A stretch of 58,066 nt of DNA from an uncultured bacterium (GTDB taxonomy: Bacteria; Krumholzibacteriota; Krumholzibacteriia; Krumholzibacteriales; Krumholzibacteriaceae). Positions 26,208-35,578 of this stretch are shown here, piece by piece. The stretch is taken from positions 1 through 58,066 of the forward strand of contig CAYWGA010000005.1 of NCBI GenBank assembly GCA_964457905.1, written 5' to 3'. The notes under the pieces are model-generated. The model did not search any database and was not told the origin of the DNA. It saw only the letters and a program-made list of their open reading frames with translations. Within the stretch, counting starts at the first letter, position 1; each line of letters opens with the position of its first letter. The position numbers were made by a program, and so were the translations under genes.

Positions 26208-29200
26208 CTATCTCAGCATAACCATCTTCAATGTTCTCTCGTAGTCGGCCGCCTCCATCCGGCAGAAGTAGATCCCGCTCGCCGTGGCGCGGCCCTCGTT
26301 ATTTGTGCCGTCCCAGACCGCCTCGTATGAGCCGGCCTCACGGATCTCATCGACGAGCACGCGAACCAGCCGGCCGGAGACATCGTAGACACGCAGCTTG
26401 ACGCGTCCCTTCTCCTTCAGCGCGAACTTCACCCTCGTTACCGGATTGAACGGGTTGGGGAAGTTGTCCGAAAGGCTCGTCACCTTCGGGATCTCTGTGC
26501 CGGTAATATCACCGCTGCCACCCGTCATAAACAGATTGTAAACCTGTCTGAGAAACATGTTTCGTGCGGGGATTCCGTCTCCCGCGTTGCGGAACGCCAT
26601 AAGGCTGTGCCCGACCCACATGGTCTTGATTATCTGTCCGGCGTCGTTCAGCTGATCCGTGAAGATGCCGGCGTAATATTCGGTGCTGTTGTAATCGGGA
26701 TACTGCAGCGCGTACTGCCCGGGGCCATTAGCTTCAAGTACGTCGAACTCGCTGATAAGCGGACAGCCTCCGTCCGCGTAATATGTAAGACCATCGAAGG
26801 GTCCCCCGGCGACACCTGTGATGAGAGGGATCACCATTCCTCCATCGGAATCGCCGCCTGTCAGATCATAATAACTGTAGTGTTCAAGCGTCACGCCACA
26901 AAGCGTGCTCATAAATTCCGCGGCTATCGCGGAAGCTGACAATGAGAGATCATACGCCACCCGGTCACCCATGACGAGAAGCCCCGCGTAGTGCTCGCTG
27001 TTCCTCATCCAGTCCACGAAGAGCTTCGCATCGTTCGACTTGTCTGAGTTCTCGGTCCCTTCAGTTATCGTCAAAGAATACAGGTCGCCGGAATCGTGTA
27101 TCACAGTAAAGTAAGCCGTGCAGAAAATAGACGACGCGTCCGTGGCCGAGACATAGGCCCCTATCCCGTTGCTTACCCCGGAAGTCGGCCCGTTTGTGTC
27201 ATACCTGTCAGGCAGAGATACACCGGCAGGGTTCACAGCCTTGAGCGTGGGATCCATGTACGTCTGAACGAGGCCGTCGAATGTCCCCCTGTTGTGAAAG
27301 TCGTCGCAATACAGCACCCCAGGGACCTCTCTCAGGGTCGGCAGACAGGTGAACTCGTAGTGGTCACCGGCAGGCTCTTCCGCGTTGTGCGGATATGTCG
27401 TGGCGACGCCGTCCATGCCGTACGCCTTGAAGTAGTACTCGACCATGTAACCGCGGGTAAAGAGCGAGTCGTTCAGGTCGATAGCGTATTTGTCAGGAGC
27501 GATGTTGCCGGCCGAGGTCTCCGCGGGGTCACAGAGGAAGATATCCCATCCGCCGCCATCTGTGCTCAGCCAGGTACCGTATGTCCCCTCGAGCTGGGGG
27601 CCGGTCAGATCGGGTTTTCCGTCAGGTCCGAGAAAATGGACATTGCAGTGGAAATGGACCATTGCCTCGCCGGTCGGAAGAGTGTCAAGCTCGCCGCCGT
27701 ACCAGCCACCGACCGTTACAACCGCGGAATCGCCGGGATCGATCGTGGAGAACTCGTCGCCCGGAGAGATATCATTGGCCATATCGGCACGGCAAAAGCT
27801 CTCCATCTCGCCGTCATCCTGCGGGAAGGTATCCTGGAAAAGGTCGAGATTGCGGACGCTCCACTGAGGGCCGGCCGTCGAGTACCTGTATACACGCACA
27901 TTGTCGAAATACGGTGCCGGTGTATGCTCCGCGCAATCTCCGTACGTGCCGTACCAGTCGTCGCACAAATCGAATACAGTGAGTCTGCATTGCATCTGGT
28001 CAGAGGAGATCAGGTCGGAGACATCATGGCTCATCTGTATGTACTCCCTGTCGCCCCCGTAGTACACCGACGTACGCTTCCGCCATTGCGTCGGGCAGCC
28101 GTCGACCATATTCATGACGGCCCAGTTGTAGAAGACGAGATTGGACAGAGGCAGATCGCGGTAGACCGTAAACCTGTACAACACGCCGCCGAGTTCCGGA
28201 AGCTTGCCCGCGGGGATATCCAGGTCCTGCACCTCGTCGCAGCTCCCGCTGTATCTTGTCATGTCGATTACCGGCGATACGACCGTTATATCCTGGCACG
28301 GCGGCAGATAATAGCTACCTCCGGCGCAGAATGGAGTTACGGGCATACCCGGATAGTCGTCGCTCATCCAGGGAGAGCCGAGAAAGAAGACTATCTGGCT
28401 CCTCATGTTAGACCCGCAGGGATCCTTGTCCTGCAGGTTGGCAGCGAGGCCTGTGTAGGTTCCGAATGGGTCGACGCCGGTGCGGCAGTGCCAGAAATCG
28501 GTGTCGTGGCCACCGACCGCAGCCGATTCGAAATCTTCGAAATCGATCAAGCCGTTGATGTCAGCGACCGTGATGCTGTCGATGATGCAGGCCCCGTCGG
28601 TATCGAAAAGTCCGTCATGATCGGACCACGATCCGTCAGAGATAAAATGGAACCGCAGCTTGGTCGCTGCGAGTGGCAGCGGAAGCATGTGAATCGCAAC
28701 CGTGTCCAGCGCGCCGTCGACCGACATTATCTCGGTCCAGTCTTCGCCAGCACAATACTCGACATATGTTTTGTCCCAATCATCCTCCGAATCGAACACT
28801 CCGTGATATGAGAAGGTCAGCAGGCCAGTAAACGAGAACGAATCGGTCGTCAGGACCTGGTCCCAGCTGTTCCCGTAGCCGGGTGCGCTCTGCCAGGTAC
28901 ACATGTAGAAATCGTCGCCGGGCCGCACTCCGCACCAGGCCGACTTCGTTCCTTCTATAGGCAGGAGCCTTCCGAAATCGCCACCCCCGAGACCTGCGAA
29001 ATCGTCGACATGGAAGAAGGTGTCGATCTGAGCCGTTTCATCTATTATGGACCAGCCCTGCAAGTCCATATGCTCGAAGTCGTACCAGACAATGCAGTAC
29101 GTATCGACCGCGGCGGCGGCCGGCGCCATACCCATCGATTCAAGAAGGGCCTCCCCCTCCGCCCTGAGTTCATCGGGGACACTCACGACCGGACGCAGAC

Positions 29201-29300
29201 CCTTGGTATCTTCTTCTTTGGGACGTGCCTGGACGGCATCAGGCACAAACACTGTCGCGACGAGAATCACCGCAAGCGCGATGAACAGCGAGGATTTCAT
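26208..29300 (-). CDS. Giant secreted paralogue GP3 with FlgD-Ig/T9SS-type CTD
   Basis: 1030 aa. Signal MKSSLFIALAVILVATVFVPDAVQA with AAGGAGAG SD. Same module order. CTD: NFPNPFNPVTRVKFALKEKGRVKLRVYDVSGRLVRVLVDEIREAG...KMVMLR. Confidence 0.85.
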   Translation of the reverse strand: MKSSLFIALAVILVATVFVPDAVQARPKEEDTKGLRPVVSVPDELRAEGEALLESMGMAPAAAAVDTYCIVWYDFEHMDLQGWSIIDETAQIDTFFHVDDFAGLGGGDFGRLLPIEGTKSAWCGVRPGDDFYMCTWQSAPGYGNSWDQVLTTDSFSFTGLLTFSYHGVFDSEDDWDKTYVEYCAGEDWTEIMSVDGALDTVAIHMLPLPLAATKLRFHFISDGSWSDHDGLFDTDGACIIDSITVADINGLIDFEDFESAAVGGHDTDFWHCRTGVDPFGTYTGLAANLQDKDPCGSNMRSQIVFFLGSPWMSDDYPGMPVTPFCAGGSYYLPPCQDITVVSPVIDMTRYSGSCDEVQDLDIPAGKLPELGGVLYRFTVYRDLPLSNLVFYNWAVMNMVDGCPTQWRKRTSVYYGGDREYIQMSHDVSDLISSDQMQCRLTVFDLCDDWYGTYGDCAEHTPAPYFDNVRVYRYSTAGPQWSVRNLDLFQDTFPQDDGEMESFCRADMANDISPGDEFSTIDPGDSAVVTVGGWYGGELDTLPTGEAMVHFHCNVHFLGPDGKPDLTGPQLEGTYGTWLSTDGGGWDIFLCDPAETSAGNIAPDKYAIDLNDSLFTRGYMVEYYFKAYGMDGVATTYPHNAEEPAGDHYEFTCLPTLREVPGVLYCDDFHNRGTFDGLVQTYMDPTLKAVNPAGVSLPDRYDTNGPTSGVSNGIGAYVSATDASSIFCTAYFTVIHDSGDLYSLTITEGTENSDKSNDAKLFVDWMRNSEHYAGLLVMGDRVAYDLSLSASAIAAEFMSTLCGVTLEHYSYYDLTGGDSDGGMVIPLITGVAGGPFDGLTYYADGGCPLISEFDVLEANGPGQYALQYPDYNSTEYYAGIFTDQLNDAGQIIKTMWVGHSLMAFRNAGDGIPARNMFLRQVYNLFMTGGSGDITGTEIPKVTSLSDNFPNPFNPVTRVKFALKEKGRVKLRVYDVSGRLVRVLVDEIREAGSYEAVWDGTNNEGRATASGIYFCRMEAADYERTLKMVMLR

Positions 29301-29315
29301 CCTTCTCTCCTTACA

Positions 29316-32300
29316 TCACCTCAACAGGACCATCTTGAGTGTGCGCTCGTAATCTGGCGCCTCCATACGACAAAAGTATATTCCGCTTGCGGTCGCTCGG
29401 CCGCGGTCATTCGCGCCGTCCCATACAACTTCGTACGCTCCTGCTTCACGGACCTCGTCGATGAGAATGCGGACGAGCCTGCCTGAGACATCATATATGC
29501 GTATCGACACGTGGCCCTTCTTCGCCAGGCCGAATTTCACCCTCGTCGACGGGTTGAACGGGTTGGGGAAGTTGTCGGCCAGCGACGTCACGGCGGGGAT
29601 CTCCGCCGGAGTCGCCCCCCAGGGCGCCCTCTCGAAAAACTGTGTGGCCATGTAGACAAGAGAGGTCCTTTCCGGCCATGGATAGACGCCTGTCATGCTT
29701 TTCAGGCTGTGACCGATCCATACGGTCCTCAACGGCTGGCTGGCATTGTTGAGCTGGTATGTGTAAATCCCCGCATAACGCTCCAGGCTGTTGTAGTCGG
29801 GATACTTGAGGCCGTATTCCCCCGGCCCTGTCGCCTCGAGGACATCGAAATCCTTCACAAACGGGCATCCGCCGGAGAGGTGGTACTCCAGACCGTCGAA
29901 CGGCCCGTTGGCAACGCCGGTGACCAGAGGATTAAACACTCCTCCTCCTTCGTGGCCGCCGGTCAAATCGAAATAGCTGTTGTCCACGAGAGTGACCCCG
30001 CAGAGGATACTCATAAGATGGAGAGCGCTGGCCGCCGCCGAGTTCGACAGGTCGTAGGCCACCTGGTCGCCCATCACGAGCAGGCTGACATCATGCTCCG
30101 AGTCATCCATCCAGTCGATGAGCAGCCCGGCATCGTTCGATTTGTCTGAATGTTCAGTTCCCTCAGACATAGTAACCGAGTTGAGGTCGCCGGAATCGAA
30201 GATCACCATCTCGTAGGCCGTGCAGAAGATCGAAGAAGCATCGTTCACATTCGTATATGCTCCGACTCCATTGCTCACGCCCGACGAAGGACCGTTGACG
30301 TCATAACGGTCGGGTGGTATCTCGGTCACCCCGGGGTTGATACAGGAGGCGTTGAGATTGAAGGGCAGCTCCCAGTATGTCTCCACCGTACCCTCAAAGG
30401 TCCCGCGGTTGTGATAGTCGTCGACAAACAGGGCCCCGGGGACCTCTCTCAGGGTCGGCAGACAGGTAAACTCGAAATGTTTACCGCCCGCCGCCTCGGC
30501 GCTGGCAGGGCATGTCGACGAGTTGCCGAACAGATCGTAGGCCTTGAAGTAGTATTCGATCATGTATCCGCGGGTGAACAGTGAATCGTTCAGGTCGATG
30601 CAGTACTTGTCCGGCGCAATATTGCCGGCAGAAGTGGCGGCCGGCTGGCAGAGAAAGACGTCCCAGCCGTTCATGTCGGTCTGCGCCCAGTCGCCGTAAT
30701 TGCCTTCGAGCTGGGCCCCGGTGAGATCGGGTTTTCCGTCTGGACCGAGGAAGACGACGTCGCAATGGAAGTAGACCCTCGCCTCTCCGGTACCCAGCGT
30801 ATCCAGTCCGCCTGCGAGTGGAGCGGCGCAGCTGACGACTGCCGAGTCACCCGGGTCGATACGGCCGAACTCATCACCGGGGGCGAGGTCGTTTGCCATG
30901 TCTGCCCGGCAGAACTCTTCCATCGGATCCTGGCTGCCGCTGACCTCCTGCGGGAATGTATCCTGGAACAGGTCGAAGTTCCTGACTGACCAGGCCGGGC
31001 TCCCCGATCCGCACCGGTATACGCGGACATTGTCGTACCACGGTGAGGGCGTATGTTCAGCGCAGTCTCCGTACGTTCCATACCATGCGTCGCACATGTC
31101 GACTACGCCGAGGCGGATCTGCAGAGTGTCGGCGCTTATGTATCTACTGATATCATGAGGGTAGCTTTCCCATTCTTTGCTGCCCCAGTAGTAATAGATT
31201 ATCTCGTTGCCCCTCCATAGGCCGGGGCAGCCATCCTCTATTAACCTGACATTCCATCCCTTGAATACGAGATTGCTCAGGGGAATATCGACGTAGGTAT
31301 CGAAACGCAGGTAGGTCGTAGTCAATCCCGGCAGCTCACCGGGGGGAATAGCGGCATCCTGAACGTGATCGCGTCCCGTGCTGAAACTGGTCAGGTCGAT
31401 CAGCGGGGAAAGGATATCCTCATTCTGGCACGGAGCCTCATGTCCGCCTCCGCCGGTGCAGAACGGCGTCTCGTAAAGACCGGGGTAATCCTCGCTAGGA
31501 TGGGGCGAACCGTGAAAGAAAGTGATCACCGTGCTGAAGTTGCTCCGGCAGGGATCGAGGTCCTCAAGGCCGGCGGAGAGTCCCGAGTAGATACCAAATC
31601 CATCCACCGCATATGCTCTCCAGAACACCAGGTCGGTCTCGCCGACATCGTACATTTCGAAATCCTCGTCGTCGATCAATCCACCTGTGTCTGAAACCGT
31701 CACATTATCGATGATGCACGCACCATCCGTATCGTGAAGGCCGTCATGGTCCGACCAGGCGCCGTCTGACATGAAGTGGAAGAATAGCTTTGTGCAGACC
31801 CCCGCAGTGAGAACCGTATGATACATCGTCGTATCGATGACTCCATCGAAAGTCTCCAGCACGGTCCTGCTGTTGAAGTCGTCATAACCCACCTCGACAT
31901 AATCGTACGGAGCTTCTGTATCGCAGACGAGGTCATATGTCCAACCGACAGGACCCAAAGGATGAACAACGGCCATCAATGTCTGATCCCAGCCGTTCCC
32001 GTAACCGGGAGCGGACGCCCAGCTGCAGGTATATAGGTCGTTGACGCCCCTTATGCCGCACCACATCGATTTTGTGCCCTCTATCGGGACGAGGCGGCCG
32101 AAGGAGCCGCCGCCAAGACCGGCGAAATCATCGACGTGGAAGAAGGTGCCTTTCTGCGCCGTATTGTCGGACTGGGTCCATCCCTGCCAGTCCTGATGAT
32201 CGAAATCGTACCAGACAACACAGTAGGTATCGACCGCGGCTGCCATAAGGTTGGCCTGCGGCGGTGAACACCCGCTTTCCGGTAACGTTTCATCGGCAAC

Positions 32301-32408
32301 CGGCTGATAGAAGCGGGGCTGCTCCTCCTTCTTCTCCCTGGCAGAAGCAACTGTCTGTATCGAGATTACGAGCAGGACGATGAGCATAGCTGCCAGCATG
32401 CGCCTCAT
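29316..32408 (-). CDS. Giant secreted paralogue GP4 with FlgD-Ig/T9SS-type CTD
   Basis: 1052-aa ORF from 32474. I prefer M23 (32408; MRRMLAAMLIVLLVISIQTVASA) because AAGGAGAGTCCG precedes it, as it does for GP5. Same module order. Confidence 0.85.
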   Translation of the reverse strand: MRRMLAAMLIVLLVISIQTVASAREKKEEQPRFYQPVADETLPESGCSPPQANLMAAAVDTYCVVWYDFDHQDWQGWTQSDNTAQKGTFFHVDDFAGLGGGSFGRLVPIEGTKSMWCGIRGVNDLYTCSWASAPGYGNGWDQTLMAVVHPLGPVGWTYDLVCDTEAPYDYVEVGYDDFNSRTVLETFDGVIDTTMYHTVLTAGVCTKLFFHFMSDGAWSDHDGLHDTDGACIIDNVTVSDTGGLIDDEDFEMYDVGETDLVFWRAYAVDGFGIYSGLSAGLEDLDPCRSNFSTVITFFHGSPHPSEDYPGLYETPFCTGGGGHEAPCQNEDILSPLIDLTSFSTGRDHVQDAAIPPGELPGLTTTYLRFDTYVDIPLSNLVFKGWNVRLIEDGCPGLWRGNEIIYYYWGSKEWESYPHDISRYISADTLQIRLGVVDMCDAWYGTYGDCAEHTPSPWYDNVRVYRCGSGSPAWSVRNFDLFQDTFPQEVSGSQDPMEEFCRADMANDLAPGDEFGRIDPGDSAVVSCAAPLAGGLDTLGTGEARVYFHCDVVFLGPDGKPDLTGAQLEGNYGDWAQTDMNGWDVFLCQPAATSAGNIAPDKYCIDLNDSLFTRGYMIEYYFKAYDLFGNSSTCPASAEAAGGKHFEFTCLPTLREVPGALFVDDYHNRGTFEGTVETYWELPFNLNASCINPGVTEIPPDRYDVNGPSSGVSNGVGAYTNVNDASSIFCTAYEMVIFDSGDLNSVTMSEGTEHSDKSNDAGLLIDWMDDSEHDVSLLVMGDQVAYDLSNSAAASALHLMSILCGVTLVDNSYFDLTGGHEGGGVFNPLVTGVANGPFDGLEYHLSGGCPFVKDFDVLEATGPGEYGLKYPDYNSLERYAGIYTYQLNNASQPLRTVWIGHSLKSMTGVYPWPERTSLVYMATQFFERAPWGATPAEIPAVTSLADNFPNPFNPSTRVKFGLAKKGHVSIRIYDVSGRLVRILIDEVREAGAYEVVWDGANDRGRATASGIYFCRMEAPDYERTLKMVLLR

Positions 32409-32476
32409 CGGACTCTCCTTTCCCCTCGGTCTATGTGACCGGGTTGAGGGTATCTCCCGTTCAGCCCATTTCATAT

Positions 32477-35400
32477 CTATCTGAGCAGGACCATCTTCAC
32501 GGTTCGCTGATATTCATCCGCCTCCATCCGGCAGAAGTATATTCCGCTCGCTGTCGCGCTGCCTCGATCGTTAGCGCCGTCCCATACAACTTCGTACGCT
32601 CCTGCTTCACGGACCTCGTCGACCAGTACCCGGACGAGCCTCCCCGATACGTCATAGACTCGCATCGAGACGTGCCCCTTCTGTTTCAGGCTGAACGAGA
32701 CCCGCGTCACGGGATTGAATGGGTTGGGGTATATTCCGGCCAGGGCGGTGACCGCGGGAACCTTATCGTCTGTAATATCCGCACTGAACCCGGGGCCGTG
32801 GAAGATGCCCCTCCAGGCCGCATTGAGGAATTCGTTTCTGGCCAGTGTGCCAAGACTTCTGTCTCTTATCCGCATGAAGCTGAATCCGTACCACTGGGTA
32901 TTTACCTGGCGCCCAAGGGAATTCTCGCCCTCGGCCCATACTCCCGCCAGATATTGCTGCCCGTCATATTCAGGATAGGCGAGGCTGGGGATCTCGATCC
33001 CGGTCGTTTCAAAGACATCGAAATGATCGATTACCGGACAACCTCCGTTAATGTAAAAATTGTCGCCGATAAAAGGCCCGGTGGGTAATCCGGTTATGTA
33101 AGGATTGACCACCCCTCCTCCGTCATATCCTCCCGTAAGTTCATTATAACTTGGCGAAACCAGCGATATTCCGAACCAGTCGCTGAGCAGGGCCTGCCCG
33201 TCTGCGTACCTGGAGATGTCAGACGCTGCATTGTCTCCCATCACCATCAGACCATGCCTGCCGCCCCACGGAAGAGTATCGAGATAATCCAGGAGGAATC
33301 CGATGTCGTTACTTTTGTCTCCCATGCTTTCCCCGGAGACAAGGGTTCCATCGGACAAATCTCCCGAATCCCACATTATCTCGGAGTAGAATGTGTGAAA
33401 ATGCGCCAGCCGGGCCCTGCTGCCGAGCCCGTTGCCGGCCATCGCCGAAGGCTGGTTGATATCATACCTGTCGGGCCAGTCATGGTAGGTCGCGAGAACA
33501 GACGTGATCGTATTATCGTAGTACGTCTGCACGGTCCCCTTCCAGGTTCCCCTGCCGTCGAAATCATCCACGTAAAGCATACTGGGTACGACACGGCCGG
33601 AAGGCAGGCATTCGAATTCGAACATGTATCCCGTTTCGTGCCAGTCATAATATGACGCAGGGGCAGCCTCGGCATAAGTCGGCAGAGTCGTACTGACCCC
33701 GTCGAGATCGAAGGCTTTGAAGTAGTACTCGATGAAATACCCGCGTGTGAAGAGAGAGTCGTTCAGGTCGATGCAATATTTATCCGGTGCAATAGCCCCT
33801 GATGAGTTGCGGGCAGGCTCGCAGAGCAGCACGGTCCAGTCACCGTCGTCACTTGCGTAGGATCCATAATTACCCTCGAGCTGCGGGCCGAAGAGGTCGG
33901 GCTTCCCGTCGTAGGCGAGGAAACGGGTGTTGCAGTGGAAATAGACCCTCGCCTCGCCGGTGCCGAGGGTATCGAGCCCGCCTGTGTTCGGCGCCCAGCA
34001 GCTGACGACCACCGAGTCGCCGGGAACGATGCCGGGATAAGACGGAGGGCTGATGTCGGCAGCCATATCGGCACGCACATAGCTCTCGATATCATCGGTC
34101 GATGGGAAATTGTCCTGGAATAAGTCCGCTCCCTGGTACGACCACTGGGGGCCGACGGTCGAATACCTCTGGATCCTGACATTGTCGAACCACGGAGCCG
34201 ACGTATGCTCCTCGCAGTCGCCGTATATCCCGTACCACAGATAGCACATGTCGACGACGCCCAGGGCGACCTGGATCTCATTGGACTCGACCATGCCGCT
34301 GATGTCGTGCTCGAGCCAGTGATAGAGCCCGTCCTCGCCGTAGTACTTGATCAGCGGCTCCGACTGCCACTGCTGCGGGCATCCATCGACGATGCTCCTA
34401 ACCTTCCATGTGTGGAAGACGAGGTTCTCGATCGGATTGTCGAGGTAGACCTGGTAGATCAGCTTGTACCCGCCCAGATCATCGAGCTCCCCGGGCGGTA
34501 TGGCTGTATCCTGTGTCTCATCGCAGCTGGAACTGTACCCGTTCAGGTCGATGACGTACGATACGACCATCTCATCCTGGCACGGCGCGTTTATCCCCCC
34601 GCTCCCCGTGCAGAAGGGGGTGGGGAACAATCCCGGCCCGGGGGGTTCAACCCACCATATGTGATTGAAAAAGATGATCTGCGTCGCGAAGTCATCGTTG
34701 CAGGGGTCCCTGTCCACGAGGTTGTTTGCCAGGCCGCTATTGATGCCATACCCGTCTCCGGCATTTGCATACCAGATCCCCTCTTCAGTCTCCCCGATCC
34801 CGGCAGTTTCGAAATCCTCGAAATCTATCAGCCCGTTCTCGTCGCTTATGGTAATGCTGTCGACAACGAACGCACCGTCAAAATCCCTCACTCCATCCTG
34901 GTCCGAGATAGATCCGTCAGACCAAAAATGGAATCCCAATTTGCAGGCTGCCGAGGCCGAAAACAGCTGGTGAGTCGCGACCCCGGATTCCCTGCCGTGA
35001 TGACGGGTTATTTCCGTCTCCTGGTAAGCCGGGGCATGTATCACGCTTATGTAGTCGCTTCTCGGCTCTGTATCAACAGAGTACTTGTACGACCAGGTCA
35101 CTATCCCGGTGTGTGGTATGACCCAGGAACCGAGGCTCTGGTCCCAGTTATTCCCGTACCCCGGTGCCGTCCCCCAGGAGCAGAGATAGGTATCCGTACC
35201 GGGGCGGACGCCGCACCACATCGACTTCGTCCCCTCGAGCGGGACGAGCATACCGTGAGTGCCGCCTCCGAGACCGGAAAAGTCATCCACATGGAAGTAA
35301 GTTCCTGCCTGGGCGGTATTGTCGACGCTCGTCCAGCCCTGCCAGCTCATCGCCTCGAAATCGAACCAGACGATACAGTAGGTGTCGACCGCGGCGATCG

Positions 35401-35560
35401 TGTTCGCTCGCATATCAAATCCGTCAATGCCTGAAACATCTTCCCTGATGACCGGCTTGTAGAAGCGTGGCTTTTCCTGTTGTTTTTCCTCTGCCGGTGC
35501 GGGAGTCCCTATTGCGCTAGCAAGAACTGCCGCGAGAACAAAGAACACAACGCGTCTCAT
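32477..35560 (-). CDS. Giant secreted paralogue GP5 with FlgD-Ig/T9SS-type CTD
   Basis: 1027 aa. Signal MRRVVFFVLAAVLASAIGTPAPA with GGAAGGAGAGTCCG leader. The central core is almost identical in protein sequence to GP6. Confidence 0.85.
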   Translation of the reverse strand: MRRVVFFVLAAVLASAIGTPAPAEEKQQEKPRFYKPVIREDVSGIDGFDMRANTIAAVDTYCIVWFDFEAMSWQGWTSVDNTAQAGTYFHVDDFSGLGGGTHGMLVPLEGTKSMWCGVRPGTDTYLCSWGTAPGYGNNWDQSLGSWVIPHTGIVTWSYKYSVDTEPRSDYISVIHAPAYQETEITRHHGRESGVATHQLFSASAACKLGFHFWSDGSISDQDGVRDFDGAFVVDSITISDENGLIDFEDFETAGIGETEEGIWYANAGDGYGINSGLANNLVDRDPCNDDFATQIIFFNHIWWVEPPGPGLFPTPFCTGSGGINAPCQDEMVVSYVIDLNGYSSSCDETQDTAIPPGELDDLGGYKLIYQVYLDNPIENLVFHTWKVRSIVDGCPQQWQSEPLIKYYGEDGLYHWLEHDISGMVESNEIQVALGVVDMCYLWYGIYGDCEEHTSAPWFDNVRIQRYSTVGPQWSYQGADLFQDNFPSTDDIESYVRADMAADISPPSYPGIVPGDSVVVSCWAPNTGGLDTLGTGEARVYFHCNTRFLAYDGKPDLFGPQLEGNYGSYASDDGDWTVLLCEPARNSSGAIAPDKYCIDLNDSLFTRGYFIEYYFKAFDLDGVSTTLPTYAEAAPASYYDWHETGYMFEFECLPSGRVVPSMLYVDDFDGRGTWKGTVQTYYDNTITSVLATYHDWPDRYDINQPSAMAGNGLGSRARLAHFHTFYSEIMWDSGDLSDGTLVSGESMGDKSNDIGFLLDYLDTLPWGGRHGLMVMGDNAASDISRYADGQALLSDWFGISLVSPSYNELTGGYDGGGVVNPYITGLPTGPFIGDNFYINGGCPVIDHFDVFETTGIEIPSLAYPEYDGQQYLAGVWAEGENSLGRQVNTQWYGFSFMRIRDRSLGTLARNEFLNAAWRGIFHGPGFSADITDDKVPAVTALAGIYPNPFNPVTRVSFSLKQKGHVSMRVYDVSGRLVRVLVDEVREAGAYEVVWDGANDRGSATASGIYFCRMEADEYQRTVKMVLLR

Positions 35561-35578
35561 CGGACTCTCCTTCCTTAT

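Noticed and set aside
27096-28811. Long + strand ORFs antisense to the giant paralogues (for example 27096-28811 at 571 aa, 19349-20470, 22018-22677, 23530-24468, 24072-25250, 34205-35434, 35480-36676, 37289-38455)
   Set aside because: They lie opposite genes with signal peptides, conserved modules and CTDs. Their translations are Arg/Pro/Gly/Val-rich with no motifs. Stop-poor antisense frames are expected in GC-rich coding DNA.
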